Source: Macrostomum lignano (Eukaryota). From it: 64,000 nucleotides of DNA. The stretch lies in assembly GCA_002269645.1 (NCBI GenBank), contig NIVC01001973.1:101848-165847 (forward strand). The letters are read 5' to 3'. The notes beneath the pieces were generated by a model. That model made no database searches and had not been told where the DNA came from. It saw nothing but the letters and a program-made list of their open reading frames with translations. Shown here piece after piece: positions 12,250 through 24,810 of the stretch. A program made the translations under genes and the position numbers. The stretch's first letter is position 1. Every line of letters starts with the position of its first letter.

Positions 12250-13295
12250 GAGGGCGATTCTTGGGGATTTGACGGCGATTATTGGTGGGGATTTGAGGGT
12301 GATTCTTGATGGGGATTTGAGGGCGATTCTTGATGGGGATTTGAGGGTGATTCTTAATGGGGATTTGAGGGCGATTCTTGATGGGGATTTGAGGGCGATT
12401 CTTGATGGGGATTTGAGGGTGATTCTTAATGGGGATTTGAGGGTGATTCTTGATGGGGATTTGAGGGTGATTCTTGATGGGGATTTGAGGGCGATTCTTG
12501 ATGGGATTCGAGGGCAATTCTTGATGGGATTCGAGGGCGATTCTTGATGGGGATTTGAGGGCGATTCTTGATGAGGATTTGAGGGCGATTCTTGATGGGA
12601 TTCAAGGGCGATTCTTGATGGGATTCGAGGGCGATTCTTGATGAGGATTTGAGAGCGATTCTTGATGGGGATTTGAGGGTGATTTTTGATGGGGATTTGA
12701 GGGTGATTCTTGATGGGGATTTGAGGGTGATTCTTGCCGGGGATTTGAGGGCGATTTTTTATGAGGATTTGAGGGAGATTCTTGATGGGATTCGAGGGCA
12801 ATTCTTGATGGGATTCGAGGCCGATTCTTGATGGGATTCGAGGGCGATTCCTGATGAGGATTTGAGGGCGATTCTTGATGGGGATTTGAGGGTGATTCTT
12901 GATGGGAATTTGAGGGTGATTCTTGCCGGGGATTTGAGGGCGATTTTTGATGAGGATTTGAGGGAGATTCTTGATGGGATTCGAGGGCAATTCTTGATGG
13001 GATTCGAGGCCGATTCTTGATGGGATTCGAGGGCGATTCCTGATGAGGATTTGAGGGCGATTCTTGATGGGGATTTGAGGGTGATTTTTGATGGGGATTT
13101 GAGGGTGATTCTTGATGGGAATTTGAGGGTGATTCTTGCCGGGGATTTGAGGGCGATTTTTGATGAGGATTTGAGGGAGATTCTTGATGGGATTCGAGGG
13201 CAATTCTTGATGGGATTCGAGGGCGATTCTTGATGGGATTCGAGGGCGATTCTTGATGGGATTCGAGGGCGATTCTTGATGAGGATTCAAGGGCG
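12250..13295. repeat. ~24-bp minisatellite (ggggatttgagggcgattcttgat) with higher-order duplications, about 43 copies
   Basis: Tandem repetition; block with diagnostic ttcttgccgggg recurs near 12730, 12920 and 13130. Confidence 0.95.
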
Positions 13296-13367
13296 AAAGG
13301 AAATCAAAGCAACAAGAAACATGATCCAATATTTCTCCAGCACAATGCTACTCAAAGTAGCACCAGC

Positions 13368-13965
13368 TTAGAACTCGCTACTACCCATGGCCTCGTCCTC
13401 GTCGTCAACAAATTTATCGTGCTGCCATTTGCCTTCGATGCCGCCACCGCCGCCGCCTCTGAAGCCGCCGAAGCGGCCGCCACCGCGACGAAAACCGCGG
13501 CCGCCGCGCCCGCCCCGACGATATCCGTCGCCGTCTGTAGGCCTGCGCTCTCCTCGATCGTCGTGCAAAAAATATGACGGCGCTTTCGGCGTAGCCAACG
13601 GGTCCAGAGCGGCCGCTGCCGGCGGTCTGTAGTACAACCGATTCGAGTCGAACTTGCCGCCCCCGCTTTCGGTAAAGTTTTTCACCGGCCGGACGCCGAG
13701 CCGTTCGGCGATTGGTCGGCGACGAAAGCGTCGTTGATTTTGACCGCCAGCTAACGGCGACAGCGGCTCCTCGGGCGACGGCGACGGCGACAGCGAAGCA
13801 AACCGACGCCCGCCGATTCTGTCGTGAACCCGGCGAGGCGGCTGAGGCGGCAGCCTGAGGATCACCGGGGAGCGGGATCGGGACGCAGAGCGCGAACGGG
13901 AACGCGACGAGTAGCGCCGGCGAGAATAACGATTCGAGGACGACATGTGGATTGAGCGGCGCTCT
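13368..13965 (-). CDS. BCLAF1/THRAP3-like protein, terminal coding exon (RS tract, YFLHDDR, RGG tract, KWQHDKF, acidic tail)
   Basis: Acceptor cctgacAG at 13967-13966 in phase 2; open to stop at 13368; TPKAPSYFLHDDR...RGGRGG...KWQHDKFVDDEDE matches the recalled C-terminus of THRAP3/BCLAF1 (Btz-like HDDR/W-HDKF motifs). Confidence 0.8.
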
Positions 13966-14044
13966 CTGTCAGGTGAGAAATGTATTACGAAATTGTGAAA
14001 TATCCACAGCATACTACTCAATAGTAATATAACATACCCGATAC

Positions 14045-14250
14045 TAATACCCAACCTACCCAATCCCTGATCCCAACCTACCCAATCCCTGATCCCCAAC
14101 CTACCCAATCCCTGATCCCCAACCTACCCAATCCCTGATCCCCAATCTACCCAATCCCTGATCCCCAACCTACCCAATCCCTGATCCCAACCTGCCCAAT
14201 CCCTAATCCCCAAATTCCCAACCTACTAAATCCCTAATCCAAACCCAATC
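14045..14250. repeat. 22-23-bp intronic minisatellite (cccaacctacccaatccctgat)
   Basis: Tandem repetition inside the 376-bp intron 14341-13966. Confidence 0.9.
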
Positions 14251-14341
14251 GCTGATCATTAATCTACCCTTATCTTCGATCAGCAGCTAACAGCATTGTA
14301 AATCAGCCGACTAAGAAATCTCAAGTGTATTATGTACTAAC

Positions 14342-14703
14342 CTATCGCCGCTACCCCCGTTGCTATGCTGCCGCTGCGAGTGCCGGACGCTGCTATAAGT
14401 TCTAGGCGGCGATCTGGGCTCAGGCGTGAGTCGGTCGTGATGAAATTTCAACACCTCAGGTCGTTGAAACACTGGCGCGCTGCCTTCGTCAGTACGCCGA
14501 GGCAGACGGATGGCATCGACGTCGGGATCGAAGCGGCGGACCAGCGGCTCAGTGCTTGGCGGTCCGCGCACTTTACGTTCAATAACAATTGATACATCTT
14601 CATCAATAGTGAGAGGCTGACTAGGCTGATTACTTAAGCGACGGAATCTTTCGCTAGTTGTCTGACTGGTGGTGTGCCGCTTATCTAAACTGCGACTGCT
14701 CAT
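14342..14703 (-). CDS. BCLAF1/THRAP3-like protein, upstream coding exon (MSSRSLDKRHTTSQTTSERF...)
   Basis: ATG 14703; donor AG|GTTAGT after 14342 in phase 2, matching the 13965 acceptor; TTSERF resembles the TL(H/N)ERF motif; strong acceptor tttctttttttcaAG ends at 14723, 19 nt upstream of the ATG. Confidence 0.75.
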
Positions 14704-14879
14704 TCTGTTCTGCTGTTGGTTTCTTGAAAAAAAGAAATGACAAATATTTGCTTTTTAAACTCCAAGTGCTCAAGTAGACACGTTATAGTTATTGAGTTGC
14801 TCTCCAAGACAGATGTGCAGTTTTCTAATCACATAAATGATTAAAACAAAGTATCTGTAATACACACTAAACTATAAGA

Positions 14880-15495
14880 CATGGGAATTGCTCCAATGCT
14901 ACAAGGGTTCGAGGGGAATTGCTCCAATGCTACAAGGGCTTGTGGGGAATTGCTCCAATGCTACAAGGGCTTGTGGGGAATTGCTCCAATGCTACAAGGG
15001 CTTGAGGGGAATTGCTCCAATGCTACAAGGGCTTGAGGGAATTTGCTGCAATGCTTACAAGGGCTTCTGGGGAATTGCTCCAATGCTACAAGGGCTTGTG
15101 GGGAATTGCTCCAATGCTACAAGGGCTTGAGGGGAATTGCTCCAATGCTACAAGGGCTTGAGGGAATTTTCTCCAATGCTTACAAGGGCTTCTGGGGAAT
15201 TGCTCCAATGCTACAAGGGCTTGAGGGGAATTGCTCCAATGCTACAAGGGCTTGAGGGAATTTGCTCCAATGCTTACAAGGGCTTCTGGGGAATTGCTCC
15301 AATGCTACAAGGGCTTGTGGGGAATTGCTCCAATGCTACAAGGGCTTGTGGGGAATTGCTCCAATGCTACAAGGGCTTGTGGGGAATTTCTCCAATGCTA
15401 CAAGGGCTTGTGGGGAATTTCTCCAATGCTACAAGGGCTTGTGGGAAATTGCTCCAATGCTAAAAGGGCTTGTGATGAATTGCTCCAATGCTACT
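14880..15495. repeat. 31-bp minisatellite (ggggaattgctccaatgctacaagggcttgt), about 20 copies
   Basis: Tandem repetition read directly. Confidence 0.95.
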
Positions 15496-18400
15496 AGAGT
15501 TAGAAAAAGTAAATAAATCAATTTTTATTACTACAAGTAGTTTGAGGTTAAAAGGTAACATTTCTTAAAAATAGCATAAGATTTAGACATAGTAGGTATT
15601 ATACTTTTTTAATATTTGTAAACTTTAGGAGAATCATCCTTAGGCTTAGGTCTGGGCCCTCGCCACTCTGTGAAAAATTACTAGGCTTTAAATGTCTTGC
15701 TTAGCTAGGCCAACAATATTTTATATCTAATTTCTGAAGAGATATTAATACTAATAGTAATATAAAACAATTTACAGTAAGTAAGTGCAGTCTATTTCAA
15801 ATAGCCTAATATTCTAGTAATGGAGCCTAATAAATAAAAATCTAGACTAAATTCTATAGTCCAGATAGTGCAGCATAGTACGTATACCAGAAAATGCCTT
15901 TTTTGTTTTGCTATACCAAATGCATGCCAGTTTTAAATCACAAAAAATTATTGACTGTTGTAAAATTCTTCAAGAAAAATGCAATTGAGGAAACTAATTT
16001 CAAATTGTCTAAAGAAATGTTTTTAAACAAAACTTTCTACAACAACTTAGCAAATGCAAAAATTGCTAAGATTACCAACAACTTTTTAATTATTTAACTA
16101 TTTTGTTAACTTTATATTTATAAAATTACCATTTGAATTATAAACTAAGATGAGTTTTTTGAAACTCTTGTAGCATACATACTTTTAAAAAAGGAAAATT
16201 ATTGAAATGTTTAATTTTGTGTTTGTCAAAGTTTTAAAGTTTTGGTAAATATAAATTGGTATGCCAAAAATTTACTTGAGCCTCAAGTGGTAACACCAAA
16301 GTGATAAACCAAAATAGCTAAACTATCCATTAGTACTGGTATACTAGAAATTTCTAGCATACCATGTAACTTTCCAAAGTGTAGACTAAACCTTACCTTC
16401 AGATTACTAAACAATGTAATACTAGGAGACTAAAAAGACCTGTGATATATTATACAGTATTTAATTGGTTATAGTTTGAAATACCATTTTTATAATTAGT
16501 ACTAAGACCAGATGGCCACAGCTCTAAATGTCTAACTTTCTTAGTTAATACAGGTAAATATTTAAAATTGCATGAGTTGAAGATGTGGCAGTATATTGAT
16601 TTTATGTATATGTCTATTAGTTTGAGATGGCTATTGGCTATCTTTGGTTAAAATTGCAATTGCTCCATTTAAAAAAAACTAAAACTAGATGGAAGGGATA
16701 GGGATTGAGAGATTTCTTGAAGCATTGCTTTCTTGTCAATCCTGAATACCAATTCTTCTGTTGCAATCATGGCTAGATGCCCTATAGCATCCATGCCATC
16801 TACTCATATAATTTTTACCATAGAGACATATATATGACCTTTGGTAGACCTATGCAACTTTGGCAACTCTAGTATATCAAAGGCCCTATTTTGACATCTA
16901 CCTAAACAAGTTTCTATAGTGCTATTGCCAGCTGCGCAACATCTTAAGCAATATCCTTTTCTAGGTGGCGCATTAGTATGGTGTTTAAAACTATCTATTT
17001 AGTAATTTATTAATAAACTCTCAATTGTTCTATTGATAAAACTTTTTTTAAATTTTCAAAAAAGAATTAAATATATGAAATAAGAGCTAGAAGATTGCTG
17101 ATATACTATATTAGAATTAGATTAACCAAAAAAATATTTGTATAAGTTAAGGTTATAGCTTTTATTATTAGCATTTATCTATTAAATAAATCAAATAGGG
17201 CCTAGCCTAATATACCTTGTTGCATATGCATCCAGGTTTCTTATATAGGATTGTGGTAGGTGGGTGCCTACTACTGACAATTTTCAAATTGCCCTGTTTC
17301 TATTTGTAATTTATCATTTGTCCCAGGTTTGGCCCTCTTATGTCCACCTTAAGGTGTTGCCCTGACGTCACCCCTCGTCATTTCCTACTCCCTGGGTCTA
17401 GCCCTCCATTCCCCTGTTCTGGCCTTTGTGCCCCTTTTTCTGCTCAATGTAGCTTTTGCCAATCTTCCCCATATTAATTTTTGCTTGTCCATGTTTATGT
17501 CCATATTAACTAGAATAATTAATGCTCAAACCATATTACGATCTTTGTGCGCCATCATATGGTCTTAAACAATAATATTTATAGCTCAATGCGAGCCCAC
17601 CAAAATTAACTCTGACCCCCCATCCCTCCTTTTCTCTTGTTTTACTGCTTCAAACTGTTGACTTCTAATATTTTCCTATTTGGTTGATCAATTACTTGCG
17701 TGTTTAATCAATAACTAGTGCATCCGTTTAGCAACTAATAGTACCTGTTTTATAGTTGCTTTTGCAGCATCACCTTGCATCTTATTATTTGTTGTTAGTA
17801 ATTACAATTTTATCCAGTGCAATTAATAAACTCAATTAAACTTAATACTCATTGCTTAATAAAGACCATAGCTTATCTTAAGTCATTTGCCCGTGGGGCA
17901 TAAAATAACCAAGTTCTCATCTTAAAGAAAGCTCTTGAGACTTCAATGCTCTATAATACGCAATTACGGTGGTGGCAATGCTACTCTACTAATATTAATC
18001 AGTCAAGCATTTGAAGTGCATTAACTACGATGTCTGAGGACCCCTCTGAATGCTCAGGCCTAACTAAGACTGCTTGCCTACAACTGAAACTATCCTCCCC
18101 CCAGAATTTAAGGACCCTGGCAGTCGGAGTTAAACAGGAAAATTTTGTTGTGATTTGTCTGCGCGATTTTCCGGCTTTATTTGTGCGAATGCAATGCTAA
18201 CTAGTTTCAAAGAAACCTAAACCTACCCACTTCAAACTAGAAAATTTTTTTATCTTCTTTTTTGCTCCACTTCAGGATTATTGATGACTTTTTAATAAAC
18301 TAATAGATCTATATTATTGGCTTTAAATTTAACATAATTTTAGGTAGGCCTAATTATCATTATTAGAATAGGGTAACATCTTATCAATCAAACAAGGGAT

Positions 18401-19074
18401 CTTCAAAACCAAAAATGCTAGTGACTTTCATTTTTATTATCTCATGGGCCTAGCCTATAGGCCATCTATAAAAGTGACATATAATTTGAAAGAAAACATT
18501 TTTATCTACAAAATGAGATAAAGTTTTGACAATATACTTGATAGATACTCAAAAAAATTAGCATTACTGATAGAAATTATTAAGGAAATACACATTTTGG
18601 AATTTTTTCTTGATTTGGGATGTCTGCAAAAGAATTGTTTTAGAGACTACAATTTTTAACTTACAATTACATTCAAAACAAAACAGTTTTTGAATTCAGT
18701 GTTAGGCCTAAATTTTCTACAAAGCAATATAACACACATACCAATCTGATATATAGGCCTAGTTGGGCAAAAAATGCACAAAAAATTGGGCACAAAATTG
18801 AAAAACATAGAAGTCAGGCCTAGGTCTAGATAATATTTCAAATATATTATTAATTTATTAATTTTTAATTAACTATATATTTATTATATTTTTAATAGTA
18901 TAAAGTTGCAAATCTATGTCATGATAGAATTTAGAAAGAACTAGCAATCTTCGCCCCCCGATGGGGGACATCTGGATAGAACTTCTGTTCTCTACAAGTA
19001 ACAAAAAGACAGCCAAATAGAGTCTTCACAAAGACAGCAGAAAAACTGCTCAAATGAAGCGCAATGCAAAAAGA

Positions 19075-19335
19075 AAACATCCCAAGACAGCAAGCATCCC
19101 CCCTCCCCCCCAGATAGCAAGCACCCCCACATAGCAAGCACCCCCAGATAGCAAGCACCCCCAGATAGCAAGCACCCCCAGATAGCAAGCACCCCCAGAT
19201 AGCAAGCACCCCCAGATAGCAAGCACCCCCAGATAGCAAGCATCCCTCAGATAGCAAGCACCCCAGATAGAAAAAACCACCAGATAGCAAGCATCCAATT
19301 GATAGCAAGTATCCTTAAATAGCAAGCATTCACCA
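19075..19335. repeat. 17-18-bp minisatellite (cagatagcaagcacccc)
   Basis: Tandem repetition read directly. Confidence 0.9.
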
Positions 19336-19394
19336 GACAAAAAGTATATAGTGCAACATTTCCTTAGCTTTCTAGGGGCTCCTTTATGATTGGC

Positions 19395-22055
19395 ATGACG
19401 CTTCTTATTACGTTTGAAAATGTCTCTCCTATGTTTGAAATGGTGGCTATGGCTATTTTATTTTTGAATTCGTGGCTTTTTAATGTTTGGCATGGTGACT
19501 CTTTAATGTTCTACATGGTGGCTCTTTAATGTTTGACATCTTGCCAGTTTTATGTCTGTCATGGTGGCTCCTTACTGTTAGAAACGGTGGCTCTTTAATG
19601 TTTGACATGGAGTCACATATATGTTTCACATGGTGGCTCTTCTATGTCTAACTTGGTAGCTCTTTTATGTTTGACATCGTGGCTCGTTAATGTTCTACAT
19701 TGTGGCTCTTTAATGTTCTACATGGTGGCTCTTTAGTGTTTGACATGGTGGCTCTATAATGTTCTACATTGTGGCTCTTTAATGTTCTACATATTGTGGC
19801 TCTTTAACGTTCGACAGGGTGGCTCTTTAATGTTTGACATGGAGTCACGTATATATTTGGCATGGAGTCACGTATATGTTTGACATGGTGGCTCTTTAGT
19901 GTTCGATATGGTGGCTCTTTAATGTTTGACATAGTGGCTCTTAATTTTTGACATGGTGGCTCTTTAATGTTTGACATGGAGTCACGTATGTGTTTGACAT
20001 GGAGTCACGTATATGTTAGACATGGTGGCTCTTTAATGTTTGACATGGTGGCTCTTTAATGTTCGACATGGTGGCTCTTTATTGTTCGAAATTGTGGCTC
20101 TTTAATGCTCTACATTGTGGCTCTTTAATGTTCTACATGGTAGCTCTTTAATGCCTGACATTGTGGCTCTTTAATGTTCTACATATTGTGGCTCTTTAAT
20201 CTTTGACATGGTGGCTCTTTATTGTTTGACATGATGACTCTTTAATGTTTGACGTGGTGGCTCGTTAATGTTCTACATTGTGGCTCTTTATTGTTTGACA
20301 TGATGGCTTTATAATGTTTGACATCATGGCTCTTTAATGTTCTACATTGTGGCTCTTTAATGTTCTACATGGTGGCTCTTTAATGCTTGACATTGTGGCT
20401 CTTTAATGTTCTACATATTTTGGCTCTTTAATGTTTGACATTGTGGCTCTTTAATGTTCTACATTGTGGCTCTTTAATGTTCTACATTGTGGCTCTTTAT
20501 TGTTTGACATGAAGGCTCTTTAATGTTCTACATTGTGGCTCTTTATTGTTTGACATGATGGCTCTTTGATGTTTGACATGGAGTCACGTATGTGTTAGAC
20601 ATGGAGTCATGTATATATTTGGCATGGAGTCACATATATGCTTTACATGGTGGCTCTTTAATGTTTGACATGTTGGCTCTTTAATTTTTGACATGGTGGC
20701 TCCTTAATGTTTGACATGGTGGCTCTTTTATGCTTGACATGGACTCACGTATATGTTTGACATGGTGGCTCTTTAATGTTTGACATGGTGGCTCTTTAAT
20801 GTTCGACATGGTGGCTCTTTTATGCTTGACATGGTGGCTCTTTTATGCTTGACATGGTGGCTCTTTAATGTTCGATATGGTGGCTCTTTAATTTTCGAAA
20901 TGGTGGCTGTTTTATGTTTGACAAGGTGGCTCTTTAATGTTTGACATGGTAGCTCTTAAATGTTTGACATGGTAGCTCTTTTATGTTCAACATGGTGGCT
21001 CTTTATTGTTTGACATGGTGGCTATTTAATGTTCGAAATGGTGGCTCTTGAAAGTTTGACATAAAGTCACATATATGTTTGAGATGGTGGCTCTTAAATG
21101 TTTGACATGGTGGCTCCTAAATGTTTGACATGGTGGCTCTTTACTGTTTGAAATGGTGGCTCTTTAATGTTCTACATGGTAACTCTTTTATGTTCGACAT
21201 GGTGGCTTTTTAATGTCTGACATGGTGGCTCCCAAATGTTTGACACGGTGGCTCTTTAATGTTCTTCATGGTGGCTCTTTAATATTCTACATGGTGGCTC
21301 TTTTATGTTTGACACGGTGGCTTTTAATGTCTGACATGATGGCACTTTTATGTTTTGACATAGTGGCTCTTTAATGTTTGACATGGTGGCTCTTAAATGT
21401 TTAACCTGGTGACTCTTTTATGTTTGACATGGCGGCTCTCTAATGTTTGACAAAGTGGCTATTTAATGTTCGAAATGGTGGCTCTTGAAAGTTTGACATA
21501 AAGTCACATATATGTTTGAGATGGTGGCTCTTAAATGTTTGACATGGTGGCTCCTAAATGTTTGACATGGTGGCTCTTTACTGTTTGAAATGGTGGCTCT
21601 TTAATGTTCTACATGGTAACTCTTTTATGTTCGACATGGTGGCTTTTTAATGTCTGACATGGTGGCTCCCAAATGTTTGACACGGTGGCTCTTTAATGTT
21701 CTTCATGGTGGCTCTTTAATATTCTACATGGTGGCTCTTTTATGTTTGATACGGTGGCTTTTTAATGTCTGACATGGTGGCTATTTTATGTTTGACATGG
21801 TGGCTCTTCTATGTTTAACATGGTGGCTCTTTTATGTTTGACAAAGTGGCTATTTGATGTTTGATATGGTGACACTTAAATGTTTGACATAAAGTCACAT
21901 AAATGTTAGACGTGGTGGCTCGTTTAGTTTTGACATGGTGGCTTTTTAATCGTTGACATGGAGTCACGTATATGTTTGACATAGTGCTTATTTTATGTTT
22001 GGCATGGTGGCTCTTTTATGTTTGACATGGTGGCTCTTCTATGTTTGACATTCCG
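19395..22055. repeat. Diverged ~23-bp minisatellite (tttgacatggtggctctttaatg), about 2.6 kb
   Basis: Tandem repetition; ~310-bp block duplicated near 21020 and 21455. Confidence 0.95.
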
Positions 22056-22199
22056 CTTCTATTATGTTTAGCAGTTTTGTGTTTTTAAGGTGTTTTGATA
22101 AAAAAATCTTTTTGCACTACTAAGATTCAAACCCAGGTCGCTACATTAGCATTCCAGTCTGTTTGCATCTTGGCTATCTATTTTCAATTGGAGAACATG

Positions 22200-22632
22200 A
22201 ATTGTGGCCATTATAATTCAATTCTTACAGCAAGTCAATTGGAGTAAAAAGTTATGACATAATCAATTTCTCAGTCAGCCAGTATCAGTCTCAATTTGAG
22301 TTAGCAATATGGTTACGCAATTTCATTCAAGTCGTGTGTGCATTTCTTCGGCACTGTTTTCAACTTGTTGTGATGCAATCTTTATCACAATCGGAATTCA
22401 GCCAGTCAGTTTTTTCTCTAGCATTCTTACAATGAATTTTAGGTCGAAAGAGCTGCTTGACCTTTGCAAAAAAGCATGTTTTTCGAATATTTAATCCCTT
22501 TAACATTGAGAAATTTCTTAGCCAGGATGCATGTACCGTCCTAGGAAAATTTCCGATCGAATGGTGCAAGTTTGAAGAAAATCGGTTGAGCCGTTTTTTC
22601 TGGAATCTATCCCACACATACACACAGACATT
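22200..22632 (+). mobile_element. Possible DINE-1/Helentron-like non-autonomous element, 3' part
   Basis: End gtttgaagaaaatcggttgagccgtttt...acacacagaca...tagtatatag resembles recalled DINE-1/HINE 3' ends; left boundary not defined. Confidence 0.35.
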
Positions 22633-22760
22633 TCATTTTTAGTATATAGGATATATAATGGAGATTCAATGTTGTACATGGCTTTCTTGGTATATGACCA
22701 TCTTGGAGACTTGGTGCAGCTCTTATATATTTACCATTTTTGTATATAGATATAATTTTA

Positions 22761-23532
22761 GGCAATGGCTATAGTTCCGGCACCTGAACCCATTTTCTAA
22801 TGGCTATGGATCTAGCAGTCTTCTGCAGGCAGTTATTTACTGACTACTAGGCCCTAATGACATCTTTGAACATTGGCAGTTGTTATTTGTCCGGTGACTG
22901 GACAAATAGCGATGTGGTTATTTGTCCAGTTACTGGATCCTGACCATGCTTTCCTATTTATCTTGTTAATACCGGACAAATAGACATTTTGTTATTTGTC
23001 CGGTTAAATTAATAATTCTAAAATTTCTTGTTCATAAAAACCACAAGGGTAAATATTCCTAGACTTCAAAGACTTCTTACTTGTATCTTGATTATTATAT
23101 TGTTTTACTAGTATGTGTTTTATACACCAAATTATGCCAAATTGAATACACTGCTTTGCTTATACTCTAAAGAAAATAATCATCAGTATACGAGAAAAGG
23201 TCCTAAAAATCTAGAATATTCATTACAAAACAAATAAGATACTTGTGTTAGCAACTTAACCGGACAAATAGCAAAAAGGCTATTCGTCCAGTCACCGGAC
23301 AAATAACAACTGCCTTGAACATTAGGCCTAGAAGTATAGTATCTTGTTTTGAATCTTATCGTTTCATTCTGATCTTATCTTAAACGAAACCTCAATATAA
23401 ACCACCCATTAAAAAGCAAGAAGTTTTTGCTATATTATACCCATAAACTGCACTACTGGAATACCACTGCCAGATCCATCTAGGCCTAGCCATTAGAAAA
23501 TGGGTTCCAGTGCCAGAACTCTAGCCTTTGCC
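22761..23532. mobile_element. MULE-like MITE (outer), interrupted by a second element
   Basis: TIRs ggcaatggctatagttccggcacc...tggatct and its reverse complement at ~23470-23532; perfect 9-bp TSD ataatttta at 22752-22760 and 23533-23541. Confidence 0.8.
22875..23314. mobile_element. MULE-like MITE (inner, 440 bp)
   Basis: ~36-bp TIR ggcagttgttatttgtccggtgactggacaaatagc; perfect 9-bp TSD ttgaacatt at 22866-22874 and 23315-23323. Confidence 0.85.
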
Positions 23533-23775
23533 ATAATTTTACTAAATAAGGGGCCTTACTATAATAGGCCCCCATAAGCCCTACTATATAGTTAGACAGA
23601 TATATTTAGTTGGGATTTAAAAATATTAATATTTAGCCCATCAGTTAAAGGACTAGTGGAAGTAGTAGTAGTAGTAAGAAGTTGGCTCAGGCGATTAGCC
23701 TGTTTGGCCAATATATTATAGAGCTGTGTATTTTGAAAAATTTTCGAAATAGAGGTTTAAAGCAAGGACGACTTA

Positions 23776-24035
23776 GGGCCTTTTCATATTACCAATTCCA
23801 GAACCAGAATCGGTTCGGAATTCCAAGAAAAACAGCAGTATAACTATTAAACTCTGTTAATATTTGACTACCTCAACAACCTAACTTAGCACAATTTTTC
23901 ACTTTCTTCTTGACGATTGTCAATCAATAATAAAAACTTTATAGCACGTATCTCCCTCTAGTTATGGAGACAAAAAGTTATACTTCACAAATTAGTTCTG
24001 GTTCTGGAACCAGAGCAAGCAATATGAAAAGGCCC
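23776..24035. mobile_element. PIF/Harbinger-type MITE (260 bp)
   Basis: TIR gggccttttcatatt / aatatgaaaaggccc; TTA target duplication at 23773-23775 and 24036-24038. Confidence 0.8.
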
Positions 24036-24039
24036 TTAA

Positions 24040-24392
24040 GTAGAAGGACGGGAAACCTCGTTTCTTAGAAAATTTTTGAAGGCACTCTTTCCCGAAAAAA
24101 TACACTGCGGAGATAGGAAATAAATAAAAAAATTAACATAGATAAATCAAAATTAAAGGAATAAAAAATTAACATAGAATCCTAATTTTCTGAACGAAAA
24201 GCTTTATAAATATCGATAGAGCAATAAAAAAGGCACAACATATCAAAAGATCAACACTGAATCTGCCTCCTATCAAAAGTTATAGCAATTTTTGTGCTGA
24301 AAAAATGAAAATTTCCTATCTCCGCAGTGTATTTTTTCGGGAAAGAGTGCCTTCAAAAATTTTCTAAGAAACGAGGTTTCCCGTCCTTCTAC
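24040..24392. mobile_element. TTAA-target MITE (piggyBac/Kolobok-type target), 353 bp, ~80-bp TIRs
   Basis: TIR gtagaaggacgggaaacctcgtttcttag...; TTAA at 24036-24039 and 24393-24396. Confidence 0.8.
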
Positions 24393-24810
24393 TTAAGTCG
24401 TCCTTGGTTTAAAGACTATTTGACGACGATTGCATGACGAAGACGTCATTGTAAAAGATAAAGTATTTGAAAGCGCGCCAGAATTTTTACGGTATTTTTG
24501 GACGAAAAGTGACGACTAACAACTAACAACGAGGATAAATATTAATACAAAAATGAGTACGAATTACGAGGTATTAGCTTTAATTGCGAGATTACTTTGA
24601 TTACGATAAGTTGCGAGTAAAGTTCGAACGAAAAATCCAAAAGAGAAAAAAAAAGAAAGAAAAAAAATAACTATTTTATGCCAATATATGAAAGCATATA
24701 TAACCGTAATTACAATGGCAGTATTTTTGAAAGCGCTTATTTTTGAATAAATAACTGAAAAGCGGATTTATTACACTGCTAATGTATCTGATTCAGTTTG
24801 TTTAACTGTT

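Noticed and set aside
12244-13329. 361-aa minus-strand ORF of PQIPIKNH repeats
   Set aside because: Translation of the 24-bp array downstream of the BCLAF1/THRAP3-like stop; the frame shifts with unit variants.
16690-17480. Possible decayed gag zinc knuckle on the minus strand (CLRCCAAGNSTIETC near 16900-16960)
   Set aside because: His absent, spacing off by one, frame interrupted by stops, and no LTR or RT found; too degenerate to call.
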